A stretch of 64,000 nt of DNA from Octopus bimaculoides (Eukaryota), in the NCBI RefSeq assembly GCF_001194135.2, contig NC_068986.1, positions 5,132,725 through 5,196,724 of the forward strand, given 5' to 3'. The translations under genes and the position numbers were made by a program. Below the pieces are notes generated by a model. The model was not told the DNA's origin, searched no databases, and saw only the letters and a program-made list of their open reading frames with translations. The number at the start of each line of letters is the position of its first letter. Position 1 is the stretch's first letter. Shown here in pieces: positions 1 through 12,180 of the stretch.

Positions 1-32
<32 letters not shown>

Positions 33-298
33 GTAAGATCTAGGAATCGAGGTATAGGAAGAAAGTTAGCTTCAAGCAATCGATAGTAAAAATATAAAAA
101 AACAGTGCTTCAACTCTGTGTGAGTATATCTGTGTCCATGTGAAAAGGGGGAATGTGAATGTTTGTGTGTGTGTGTGTGTGTGTATGTGTGTGTTTGTGT
201 AAAATGTATTCATATATTTGAGTGGGTGTATATGTGTTTGTGTAAGTTTATTTAGAAAGATCCGTAAAATTAGAATTACAGACACATGCGCATTTACA

Positions 299-407
299 CC
301 AGACTGGAGCCTGGTGTTGCCATCTGGTTTCACCAGTCCTCAGTCAAGTCGTCCAACCCATGCTAGCATGGAAAGCGGACGTTAAACGATGATGATGATG
401 ATGATGA
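299..407 (+). mobile_element. 5'-truncated RTE LINE 3' end (family A, young)
   Basis: ...ccaacccatgctagcatggaaagcggacgttaaac(gat)n, near-identical to the other young copies. Confidence 0.85.
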
Positions 408-515
408 TTTATATATAAAGTCACACTTAAAAAGGAAGGAAGCGGGCTGTGACAAAGTATAGAAAATCGCATTTGCTACAGACTGTGTTACTCATACATA
501 TGAATTTATACATAT

Positions 516-559
<44 letters not shown>

Positions 560-826
560 CTCAAACACTGTTTGATGATTTTTTCACCATTTTGTACCCT
601 TTTTACATATAAAATACTACAATTAGCTGTAATTTTTGATGCCAGAGGGTCAGCTACTAAATAACAACAGATGAATAATTTATGAATTCACTACACCTGT
701 TACCAATTAATTTTTATTGATTTATAGAGACATGACATCATTAGAAAAAACCATTTTCATCAGGTGTATACAAGAACCACAATATTCAAAATCATTCAAA
801 AGCTAACAGCTTGTGTCATTTCATGA

Positions 827-934
827 TTCTATGACCCTAGCTGATCACAGGATGAATTTGTTAGTTCAGTTTCTCCTATGATACTACCAAACTGGACTAA
901 CAAATTCATTCTATGATTAGCTAGGGTCATAAAA
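827..934. repeat. Long hairpin or foldback MITE remnant: ~45-bp arms, 16-nt loop
   Basis: tctatgaccctagctgatcacaggatgaatttgttagttcagttt pairs with aaactggactaacaaattcattctatgattagctagggtcataaa (5 mismatches). Confidence 0.85.
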
Positions 935-1031
935 TTGTTGGAAACAGCTGTAGTGAATTGACACATTATCTATCTGTTTTTAGTTAATTATGTATCTACA
1001 TATATAAAATTGAATTTCTGTTTGTTTTTTT

Positions 1032-1450
1032 TGTTTGTTTCTCTGTCAAAATGAAAGTAAAGACAGCAAATCTGCAGAAGTATCTCACCCTGGTTCAGAT
1101 TCAAATTGAATCTTTTAATTTTTCTTGCACATACAGCCTATTCAAATTTCAAAAGGAACTGCGACAATGGGTGTTCCACTTGACCTGTGGCCTTTTCAGT
1201 GCCATTGCCAGTTTATTCACATAATGAGTGACCTGGATTCAGTAAAGCCATTGTTCTATATGATAGTGTCTGTTTGTCCATCAAAATGAAAGTAAAGACA
1301 GCAAAAACTGTAGGAGTTGTCTCACCCGGGTTCAGATTCGAAACTGAATCTTCAAATTCTCCTGGGGCATATGGCCCATTCAGACATTAAAAGGAACCCT
1401 AACAAATGGCCTTTTCAGTGCTATCACAGAGTCACCTGGATTCAGTAACA
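1032..1450 (+). repeat. Diverged local tandem duplication (units from ~1032 and ~1271)
   Basis: Both units share tcaaaatgaaagtaaagacagcaaa, tctcaccc(t/g)ggttcagattc, tggccttttcagtgc and cacctggattcagtaa. Confidence 0.8.
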
Positions 1451-1550
1451 TAGCTCTTTTTCTAGCTTGTCGGTTCAGATATAAATATACAAACATCTTT
1501 GAGATAGGCAGAAAGAATCTGACAGCAAAGCAAGACACACTACACACACA

Positions 1551-1867
1551 TGTGGAGAAGCATGATCTTCAAACATTGGGCCTCACGGAGGCAATGACAA
1601 GTGACTGAGACCTTTAGCAATATTCTGTGCTTGAGAAGACCTGTCAAGCCAAGTGAAATCATAATTGTGGGCAATGCTGACGTTATATAAATGGCACATA
1701 AAAAGCACCCACTACATTAGTGGTTGGCATGAGGAAGGGCATTCAGCTGTTGAAACTATGCCAAATAAGATTGGAACCTGGTGCGGCTCCCAGCTTACCA
1801 GTTTTCAGTCAAACCATCCATCCCATGCCAGCCTGGAAAATGGATGTTAAATGATCATGATGATGAT

Positions 1868-1868
<1 letters not shown>
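1551..1868 (+). mobile_element. Family A long copy: ORF2 C-terminus (HDLQTLGLTEAMTSD...VLEKTCQAK*) plus 3' UTR and (GAT)n
   Basis: Links the common (GAT)n-tailed repeat to a LINE ORF2 end; similar copies at 29055-29457 and 31320-31640. Confidence 0.8.

Positions 1869-1869
<1 letters not shown>

Positions 1870-1936
<67 letters not shown>
1870..1936. repeat. Representative microsatellites: (TA)n here and at 1-29, 32266-32343, 34087-34157, 40527-40588, 40791-40829, 61137-61171; (CA/TG)n at 524-556, 4920-5000, 7483-7520, 46481-46589; (CT/GA)n at 49261-49320, 58599-58645
   Basis: Direct inspection. Confidence 0.95.
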
Positions 1937-1939
<3 letters not shown>

Positions 1940-2120
1940 ATCATTCATTCATTAATACTGATCTCCATCCATACTTTCAATGATCACCCATCTACCCCTA
2001 CAGTGCCTCCACACTACAGGGGTTGGACAAAATAATGGAAACACCTAGCATCATAGCATCATAATTTTGAAATTTCTATAAAACCGTCAAAGGCTTGTTT
2101 ATTTTTATGCTTTTTGATGT

Positions 2121-2277
2121 GGTTGGCGTTAGGAAGGGCATCCAGCTGTAGAAACTCTGCCAAATTTAGATTGGAGCCTGGTGTTGCCATCCGGTTTCAC
2201 CAGTCCTCAGTCAAGTTGTCCAACCCATGCTAGCATGGAAAGCGGACGTTAAACGATGATGATGATGATGATGATGT
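2121..2277 (+). mobile_element. Family A 3' end nested inside the Tc1 element
   Basis: TGATGT at 2115-2120 and 2272-2277 (TSD or tail microhomology). Confidence 0.88.
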
Positions 2278-2351
2278 CGCTTAATATGTTTTGCCAAAAT
2301 TGCTGTTTCTCTTCAGATATCATCAGAAAAAGGTAATTAAAATTCATTAAA

Positions 2352-3380
2352 ATGACAGATCTATCGGACTTTCAAAGAGGTCAAATTGTTGGTGCTCATA
2401 TGGCAAGTGCTAGTGTAACAAAAAGAGCCAAAATGTTTAGTGTATCAAGAAGTAATGTCTCGAAAGTAATGACAGCCTTTGAGAAAGAGGGAAAAACCTC
2501 CTCATTGAAACAAAACTCCAGAAGAAAACCAAATCTTTCAGATAGGGACTGTCGGACTCTTACATGAATTGTTAGAAAGGATCACAAAAATACAGCTCCC
2601 AAAATTACTGCAGAGCTTAATAACCACCTTGTGAACCCAGTTTCCATAAAAACTGTTTGCTGAGAGCTACACAAAGCTGGATTTCACAGGAAGGCTGCAA
2701 TCAGAAAACCACTACTTTCAAAAATAAATATTGCAAAGCATTTAGAGTGGAGTAAAAACCTACAGAATTGGTCCCTAGAGCAGTGGAAGAAAGTTATTTT
2801 CTCGGACAAGTCATCCTTTACCTTATTTCCAACCACCGGCTGAATATATGTGTGGAGACCGCCAAAAGAAACATCAGACTGCCTTTTTCCAACTGTTATA
2901 CATGGAGGAGGATCTGTAGTGATCAGGGGGGGAGCTATATCATGGAAATCCACCAGCCCAATGGTTTCTCTTCATGGCAGAATTAACAGTCAACACTATT
3001 TAAGGATCTTATCTGATCAAATTCATCCTATGGTTGCAGAACTGTTTCCGAAGGCAATTGCAATCTTTCAGGATGATAATGCACCAATTCACACTGCTAA
3101 AGTTGTTACTGAATGGCATGAGGAACATTCTAGTGAAGTTGAACATCTTATCAAGCCACCACAGTCCCCAGATCTCAATGTTATTGAACATTTATGGTGT
3201 ATTTTAGAAAAACAAGTAAGGAGTCAATATCCTCCACCATCATCACTACAAGAACTGGAGACTAGTTTAGCTGAAGAATGGACAAAAATTCCTTTGGAAA
3301 CAATTCAAACTTTGTACAAGTCCATACTTCATAGAATTCAAACTGTAATTACTGCTAAAGGCAGTTCTACTCCATATTAA
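2352..3380 (+). pseudogene. Tc1-type transposase pseudogene, one frame with three in-frame TGA stops (2565, 2661, 2841)
   Basis: HTH N-terminus MTDLSDFQRGQIVG, then VIFSDKS, HGGGSV, FQDDNAPIH and SPDLNVIEH; 36 residues between the second D and E. Confidence 0.93.
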
Positions 3381-4174
3381 AATAAATTTATTTGAAATTT
3401 TAAGGTGTTTCCATTATTTTGTCCAACCCCTGTATCTCCCTCCCCTATCGTCATACATCCCACCCTCTGCATACATTGTGCCTGCACCTCTCTCCCTTCC
3501 CCATTCACTCTAGCAACCTCTCCAACAGCATGACATTTCTCTTTTGTCCACCCTACTTTTTGCTGCCCAGTACTATCAGGCATCTACTACCCCATCCACT
3601 CCTGCCCCACTCATTTCCTACACACCTAGTACCTTGAAGGTCTACTCTGATGCCTCATCACCACTTATATCACTTTCCAGCTCCACTGCTTCAAACCTCT
3701 CTTCTAAAATGTGAGAATTCACGTACTTCCTCTTCAGCAAGAAACCTGCTTTGCTCCAGCCCTTTCCTCTCATACTTTACTCCTCTCTACCCACTCCTAG
3801 TATAAAGTTTTCAGTACAACATTCTGTTTTATTACATCAATAGTGACAGGTTTTATCTATGCACGCTGCTGGCATGGAGACATGCTACTGACAAAGTAGA
3901 AACGCACATCTAGCATTCACACCACCACTACTGAACAATTTATGATATATACTTGTTGAAAGATGATTTATAATATATGCTTGTGAAGGCAAGTGACCTA
4001 GTGGTTAGTGCTGCACTCATGATCACCAGATCATGGGTTCAATTCCTAGATCAGGTGGCATGTTGTGTTCTTGAGTAAAACGCTTCATTTCACATTGCTC
4101 TAGGGCTGTGTGGGGACCAGCATGTCAAAGAATAGACCCAACATTTCCTCTGTATGTCATAAAAGGTAACTTAA

Positions 4175-4395
4175 CCTGTTAGTATTCAGATTATGCCTAT
4201 CAAATATAATGTCTGTTTATTTATATTGTTTTGAATTAATCACATATTATCTCGTAGCTCTGAGGTTTCAACGATATAATCGTTTAGTTTCACAATGACA
4301 TTGTAGGACTGGGGCAAGGGGCTAGGTCTGGCCTGTTTCAACATCAAACAGATTAAATATTTTGGCCAGATATGGCCAGTTTCAATGCTAAAGGG
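4175..4395. mobile_element. ~220-bp TTAA-flanked MITE (piggyBac-type ends). Copies at ~15470-15689 and 52759-52978
   Basis: TTAA-CC(C)TTTAGCATT ... AATGCTAAAG(G/T)G-TTAA in three homologous copies. Confidence 0.8.
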
Positions 4396-5328
4396 TTAAA
4401 GAGGTCAAGGTAGGAATTGCACTCTGATTTCGTAAAACCCTCACCAGCAATGACTACCTAAACAGGCCCATGGGTTGGAGGGTTGTCGCCTGAGTGGTGC
4501 AAAGCTGTCATCTGCCAAGAGTAGGGAATCACCAACAAATGGTGGATGCAGTGATGCACTGCTACAGTGCATACCCCCATAATATTACTACTACTAGTTG
4601 ATCACAGTCACCTTTTGATACATGCATTTGTTGATCACAGCCAAAAGAGCTACCATACAATATCAGTTTTCAGTTTAAACAGCTGTAAATAAGTCTAATA
4701 GATATTATATTCCAAATGAATAAACACATGAATAGATAAAATATTAGGCTAGAAAAAAAAACATATGGCCACTCAGAAATAGTAATTCTTATTTATTGAT
4801 TAGGGCATAAAAAAAAGCTATTAAAGTTTCTTCCCCCAACATATCTGAAAATAATAATTTTTCTTTTAATATATTTTTTACTGCTGGGGGTAATTGAAAG
4901 ACTTATTTAGGCCAATATAAACACACACACACACACACACACCACACACACACGCACACACACATACACACACATATATACATATATATACAAACACATG
5001 CAAGCACGCATGCATACTCACATACACACATACAGTAGTGGGAGGGAGGGAGAACTGGTAGCAGCAAAAATAAACAAATGAATGCTTAAGGCATGTACAT
5101 AATGGATGTTTAGGAAACACTTAAGCTGATGGACATAGGCAATATATCTAAGTAGTGGCACAGGTGTATATTGTAACACACACACATACACACACACATA
5201 TGGAGGAACACAGACATATGTAGGAGGGCAATGAGAGAGAGAAAGAGATAATAAATGTATTTTATTCTGTCAAGATAAATAGATTTCTATATCTTGCATA
5301 CATAAAATATCAAAAAGCAAATACCTAC

Positions 5329-5439
5329 CCTCAGCAAGTCATAAGCTAATGTACCTCGACCAGGTCCAAGTTCAACAACCTGCATCTTGGAAGGTTTACC
5401 ACATTGCATCCACTCATTTACACACCAGACACCTAACAA
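5329..5439 (-). CDS. NDUFAF7: NDUFAF7 coding exon 4 ([37 protein letters not shown])
   Basis: 111 nt, phase 0/0, acceptor ttgtctAG, donor AGG|GTAGGT; contains the SAM-binding motif [10 protein letters not shown] of the MidA/NDUFAF7 family. Not in the ORF track. Confidence 0.95.
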
Positions 5440-5718
5440 CTAGACAATATAAAAATACAATATCAAATAATATAAACCAAATATCAATTATCACTGAAAA
5501 AAAAAATATAAATAAAACATATTTGATTATGGCCAATATATGTGCCATTAATTAGAAGTAATACGTAATTAGTTTTGTATAATTCCTAGGTTACTTTATA
5601 AGGAAATTAAATCTAACTATTCAGCAATTGAGTAGAACATTATTTTATCGATCTTGGAATGATGAAAGGCAAAGAAGACCTTGGTGAGAATTAAATCTCA
5701 GAAAGTAAAGGGCTATTA

Positions 5719-6649
<931 letters not shown>

Positions 6650-7482
6650 TTAAGAGTCTTTTGAGTCAATGTTATACTGTACTAGAGAACAAATCTTATA
6701 GATCTTTAACCAACATAAGTAAACAACATGACTGTATATATAACATCTTCAAGAATAGAAAAGGTGGGATCAGCCAAAATAGTTCCAATCCTGTGTTGGG
6801 ATTTCATTTTGACACCTTACTCGTCCATCGGGTCTGTGTTGACCTGCTTTACTACAGACTTTTCTTATACATAATTAGTAATTTTTAACTACAGATGTTT
6901 TTCAAATATTGTGTCTGTAAATTTTTGTAACTATATATATGTACATATATACATAGAGAGAGAGGAAGGGGGAGGAGGAGAGGGGAGGGGAGAGCGAGAA
7001 AGGAAGAGGGAGATTTCATAATACAATTATAATGTTCAAGCAAAATACTGTCAATGTACCAATTAATTCATTAATCACACTAACTACTTTGTAGAATGTG
7101 TTTTATACACACACACACAATAAGAAAAGATGAATAGGGGATTAGTTGTTTAATGTTTGTGAGTTGGAAGATAGTGTCTTAACATTTTGGACAATAGGTC
7201 CTACATCAAAAAAGAAGATTCATAGGCAGAACAAGGGAGAGTAAAAAAAGTAAGCATATAAAAGAAAGATAATCACAAACTCAGAAAACATTAATGATAA
7301 TAAAAAAAGATAACAATAACAATAGAAGAAAGAACAGTAGGGGAGGTGCTGGAGAAAGGTGAGTGGTTAGAAATAAGAGGGTAATGCTCTCCTATAAGAG
7401 GTTGAAAGGTAAGAAGGGAGGAAGGGGCATGTGTCAGAGTGTATCTAAGTCTAGAAGAATAAAAGGGAAGGCACACGCATAC

Positions 7483-7513
<31 letters not shown>

Positions 7514-8350
7514 CGTGTGTTGGTATGCTGTATATATCTGTATAGATGTCTGCAAATGTAGAAGTATGGTGGCATTGGACAATAGAGATGGGGAGCGTTG
7601 GTGTGTGTAATTATAAAGGTGGATAGTGTGAAAGGGTGCATGGGAGGGTATGAGAATAAGGGTACAATAAAGGTGTGAAAGAAGCACATAGGATAGTGAG
7701 AGCAAGGGGGAAGGTGTTATCTCTGTGTGTGAAAGTGTATAAACAAAAGCTTCTAGGAATGAAACACCTTTTTCTTTTCAGACATGCAACAGTGAAACAT
7801 TTGAAAATGGGAGAGTTTGAAAAGATTGAATTGAATTTGGGGATGAAAAGAAAAGTCCAATAAATCAGTTAAAAGGGTCCAGGAAGAGGATACAATCCAA
7901 GAAGAAAATAGATGCCAGGAGGTGAAAATTTAAATGAGCTTATATACATGTTACCAGGTCAAAAAGTTAAGATATTGTCTTCCAACTCACAAGCATTAAA
8001 CTATTACCTTATTTATCAAACTCTATTCTTCTTGAGTTATTCATATGATTATCAAGTGTGTGTGTAACACATTCTAGGCAGCTAGTTTGATTAATAAATT
8101 GCTGATATACATAAATTAACAGTGTTTTATTTCAATGTTATATGGTATTCCAAAACATACCTGTACAATTTTAGCCAACACTGTATAGATAGATGTAAAC
8201 GCCTTGTCTGTATATACAATATCTTCATGGACAGAAACAGAAGGAGCTGAGTTAGTGACATGGTGTTTACATCTGTTCATATGTATAGATAACAGAAATT
8301 TGTGAATATATTCTATAGTCCAGTATAGCATAGCTACATGTATACGTATA

Positions 8351-8540
8351 TGGCACGTAAAAGCACCCACTACACTCTCTGAGTGGTTGGCGTTAGGAAG
8401 GGCATCCAGCTGTAGAAACTCTGCCAAATCAGATTGGAGCCTGGTGTAGCCATCTGGTTTCACCAGTCCTCAGTCAAATCGTCCAACCCATGCTAGCATG
8501 GAAAGCGGACGTTAAACGATGACGATGATGATGATAATGA
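8351..8540 (+). mobile_element. Family A 3' end (young)
   Basis: ggcacgtaaaagcacccactac...gttaaacgat tail. Confidence 0.88.
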
Positions 8541-9139
8541 TATACATTTGTTACATAAGAGCCTAGAATCAAGAGGTCTAAAAGTAAACTTATATGACAG
8601 AATATACAGTTCTGCAACCATCTGATAAGAGACCCCTACCCATTATCCAGAAAAGAAATGTGTAAAGCCCCTGCACTATGTAAACAATGTAAACTATGGA
8701 TACACAGCAGATGCACTGAAATCACAGACAAGATGACAATAAAGGACTTTGTGTGTTGCAATAGCAGTTAGATTAATTAGTAGTGACATCATCATCATCA
8801 TCATTCAATGTCCATTTTCCATGCTGGCATGGGTTAGACAGCTTGACTGGAACTGGTAAGCCAGAGAGCTGCATCAGGCTCTAATTTGTTTTTGCTTCTA
8901 TGGCTGGATGCCCTTCCTAACACCAACTATTCCATTAAGTGTACTGGGTGTTTCTTACGAGTCACCAGCATGGGTGCCTTTTACACGTTACCAGCACAGA
9001 AGCCTTTTATGTGTCACTGGCACATGTGCCTCTTAATGTGTCACCAGCATGAGTGCCATTCACATGTCACCAGCCCTGGCCACAACTACAATTTCACTAA
9101 GCTTGATGTGTATTCTCAAGCACAGCAAATCACCTTTTT

Positions 9140-9725
9140 CAAATGTGTAGGTTTGTTAGCAGTGATTGATGGCTTCTATCACTTACATTACTTAATACGC
9201 AGTGGAGATAGCTGCTGTGAAAATATAGCAGCTAGATTGGAAAATGTTCAGGGAAGTGATATCTCTGTTGGCAACATTTGTGCATGAAGTGTGATAATGC
9301 ATGGGAACAAAAAACACTGGCACTGACTGAGAAGATGTGCAAAGGCTGGAAATAACTGAGGTGGACACTCTCCACAAGATGAGTAATGTTAACACATACA
9401 AACAACAGCTTACAGATAAATCAAGAGAAAAAACAAGAGGTATAAGCAGGATTAGCTGTGACGTGCAAGAGGGAAGACCTTACTCATATAGACATGTGAT
9501 GTATATTAAAGATTAAATTTTGGTGAAGAAGTGCAAAGTAATCCAAGTGGAAGGAGCTTGTAGTAGAGAGGAAGACGAAGGGGGACATACAAAGGAGTGT
9601 CAAAAGCTGATCTCAAGATAAAGGAGACGATAAGGGGCCACAAATGGTGAAATGCTGTGCTAACTGAAGGATGTATGAGAAAATGGATGTTAAAGGGTGA
9701 GGATGATGATAATAATGATAATGAT
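9140..9725 (+). mobile_element. Decayed RTE/RTEX LINE ORF2 3' end with (GAT/AAT)n tail
   Basis: VIDGFYHL...GDSCCENIAAR, ...DVQRLE..., VQEGR..., ending in gaaaatggatgttaaa...gatgatgat. Confidence 0.7.
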
Positions 9726-10641
9726 GTGTATTGTATATGTACAAATATATATATGAGCATATACATGTGTGCGTGTTCATCAGAGAGATAGAGAGAGAAT
9801 GAGAATGAAAGAGAAAAAGAAAAGGAAGAAGAGGAGAAAATTCCTTTCCAAGTTTCAGTTTTAATAAACCTTCAATTATAAACTGAAAATTTTCCAAATG
9901 CAAGACCAAGGCCATTATGACATGCACAGAAAGGACATGAATAGGGGCAACTATTTAGGTCTTCTAACCAGGAAATTTCTCATAATTGTTGAGATTGCAA
10001 GTGTCCCATTATAAGAGTTACTTTAATGTACACGTCAATGATGTTGCTATCAAAGGTTGTTCATTCTGTATTCTGATAAGTGTCAATATGTTTTATAAAA
10101 ATAGGGCAAGTTAATATCCTGTTAGCTGGAAGGACTATACTTTTAGATGAAGTTGGTAAATTCCTCATTGTAGATAAAAGCATTTATGAGTGTTGGCATG
10201 TCTAACTTCTTTAATTTTAAAACTACACAGTCCCAACATCAATTCCACTGTGCAACATCTTGTTCAGAAGAGAGAGTTTAAACCCATTACAGTCAGAATA
10301 AAAGAACATAAACTGCAATGATTTGTTATTGACTCATAAATCATTGCTTTTACTCCTAGTCGACAGTTTATGTATATTTTGCAGGAAAAAGATGAATTAT
10401 GCTCTTAAAAACTATTATTGATTATTTTTAATAACTTGACCCTTGTTACTATTTTATTAATAATAAAATAATATTTTTCTGAATTTTAAATACAACTTGT
10501 TAAATGGAAGGTTGAAGAGCATTGTGAGATACTTTCACTCCATTTCAAAAGAACTATTTTACATACCATTAAACCAAGGTAGAAAAGTAAACCAACACAC
10601 AAAACATTCCCTAAATACCAAAACATGAAAAATATACTCAC

Positions 10642-10799
10642 CGATGTAGGATGAGTTAACACTGTTCGCATGTAATCTGCTACGGTAATGGGACCACTGA
10701 GAGAGATTTTTGCTTTCAAGTAATTAGACAAATCCTTTGAGGTCTCAGTTGTGGATAAACACCGATAAGAAAATGGCAATATCTTAGAAGCACGTGAAA
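10642..10799 (-). CDS. NDUFAF7: NDUFAF7 coding exon 2 (VSRASKILPFSYRCLSTTETSKDLSNYLKAKISLSGPITVADYMRTVLTHPTS)
   Basis: 158 nt, phase 1/0, acceptor tttctaatAG, donor TCG|GTGAGT; GPITVADYMRTVLTHP resembles the human GPITVAEYMKEVLTNP segment. Confidence 0.93.
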
Positions 10800-12036
10800 C
10801 TATTAGAAATTTAAAAAATAATAAAACAGTTTGTCAACATACATTTATCCATTATATTTTCAAAAAATAAAATCATGTTAAAATATTTTTATTTATTACA
10901 TAATGTAATCAAAATGTTTGGTTATTTGTTTTTGGTTTGAGTTTTGTATGGTTGGATAAAATGAAAAATACATTCAATATACTAAAATATTCTCCTCCCA
11001 AATACTTCTCCTTGGTAGTGGGATCTTTTTCCCTTTAATTTTCTTCTGTTCTTTTATGCCTGGCAAATTTTCATGGCAACCTCACTAGTGCTGGTGCCAT
11101 GAAAAAAAGCACCCAGTACACTCTGTAAAGTGGTTGGTGTTAGGATAGGTTTCAAACTGTAGAAACCATGCCAAAGATAACAGTGGAGCTTGACGCAGCC
11201 CTGCAGCTCATTGGTTCCCAGTTAAACCATCCAACCCATGCCAGAAAGGAAATCAGATATTAACACTTAGATAGTTTGTTGTGTCCTGTGATTTGACATT
11301 GATTTTTTTTTGTGTTCCAAGTGAGCATCATGAAATTTTACCATGTCCAACGATGACACTGATGAAAATATCCTTAACGAGTCTGATTTCTCCCAGCCTA
11401 TCAGTGAATCTGGCACTGAAACTGGTGAAAACAACTAGGAAAGTAATGGAGAAGATCAAAATTACGATGGTGATGGTAATGTTGTGAACTCTTTGTTTAG
11501 GATTAGGGATATTGAATTAGATGGCTCATTTGAATAAATGCTGAGGTTTCAGTTTGATTCATAAAGGTTGTATTAGTTCATTGAATTTCCTACAAGAATA
11601 TATATAGTTTTATATCTATAAAGTAATTACTTTATTTCTTATAATTTTTTTTGAAAAATAATTGCACGCTATGAAAAGGGCTCTGTCTTCTTGGCACTAA
11701 AACTCCAAATGAGGCTCCATCTTCAAAGGGTTAAATGATGATGATGCTGATGAATAAACATTTTATCAGTGATATAACATAAATGATCTATTGATAGAGA
11801 TATGAGTGGATGTTATTTAGCCCAAGGTCAATTCTGATATAGCAGACCTATGATGAAAGGTGTTCTGGCCAAGACCATCTCATCATGGTCTGGATAAGCA
11901 TAGCAGGGTCCATTCTATTGCAAGTATTCAGAAAAAGTCTTCAGGGTAAGGGTAACTTCCTTCTTACCTTTCAGCAGTTTCAAAGGCTTAGCAAAGGATC
12001 AGATCCTTCCTCATGGCCTTCACAGGGTTGTCCTCA

Positions 12037-12180
12037 TCACAGGTCTGTAAGAAGGGGCTTTATCTATGGCTTTCACAGGTTTGTAGGAAGAGGATGTACC
12101 CATTGCCTTCACAAATCTGTAAGAAATGGCTGTATCTATTGCATTCACAGACCAGCAAGAAGGAGCTTTATACACAGACC
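12037..12180 (+). repeat. Degenerate 36-bp tandem repeat, 4 units
   Basis: TCACA starts at 12037, 12073, 12109 and 12145, each followed by (t/a)g(t/c)a(a/g)gaa. Confidence 0.8.

Larger units (their letters stand above)
2017..3432 (+). mobile_element. Full-length Tc1/mariner-superfamily DNA transposon with DD36E spacing (Incomer-like), interrupted by an RTE 3'-end insertion
   Basis: Perfect 30-bp TIRs CAGGGGTTGGACAAAATAATGGAAACACCT at 2017-2046 and 3403-3432; TA on both sides; transposase frame inside. Confidence 0.95.

Noticed and set aside
40-333. Recurrent ORFs starting MKPDGNTRLQS / MKPDGYTRLQS (also 8116-8463, 18743-19033, 34401-34655) that look like a multicopy gene family
   Set aside because: They are antisense frames of the family A LINE 3' UTR running into unrelated flanks.
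1781-2035. ORFs with YIYIYI, HTHTHT, CVCVCV or SLSLSL runs throughout the track
   Set aside because: Translations of dinucleotide microsatellites.
3434-3830. Purine/pyrimidine-skewed blocks (also 7320-7760, 15000-15190, 37260-37660, 61880-62060) as exons or a defined element
   Set aside because: No consistent frame or splice phases; likely old repeat remnants, but I could not assign a family.
1-5328. NDUFAF7 exon 5 (expected ..SLHLVEVS..)
   Set aside because: No convincing exon found by eye on the minus strand; it probably lies left of the window.
12037-12180. CRISPR-like array (36-bp period); likewise 37905-38045
   Set aside because: No unique spacers between repeats, eukaryotic intronic context and no cas genes.
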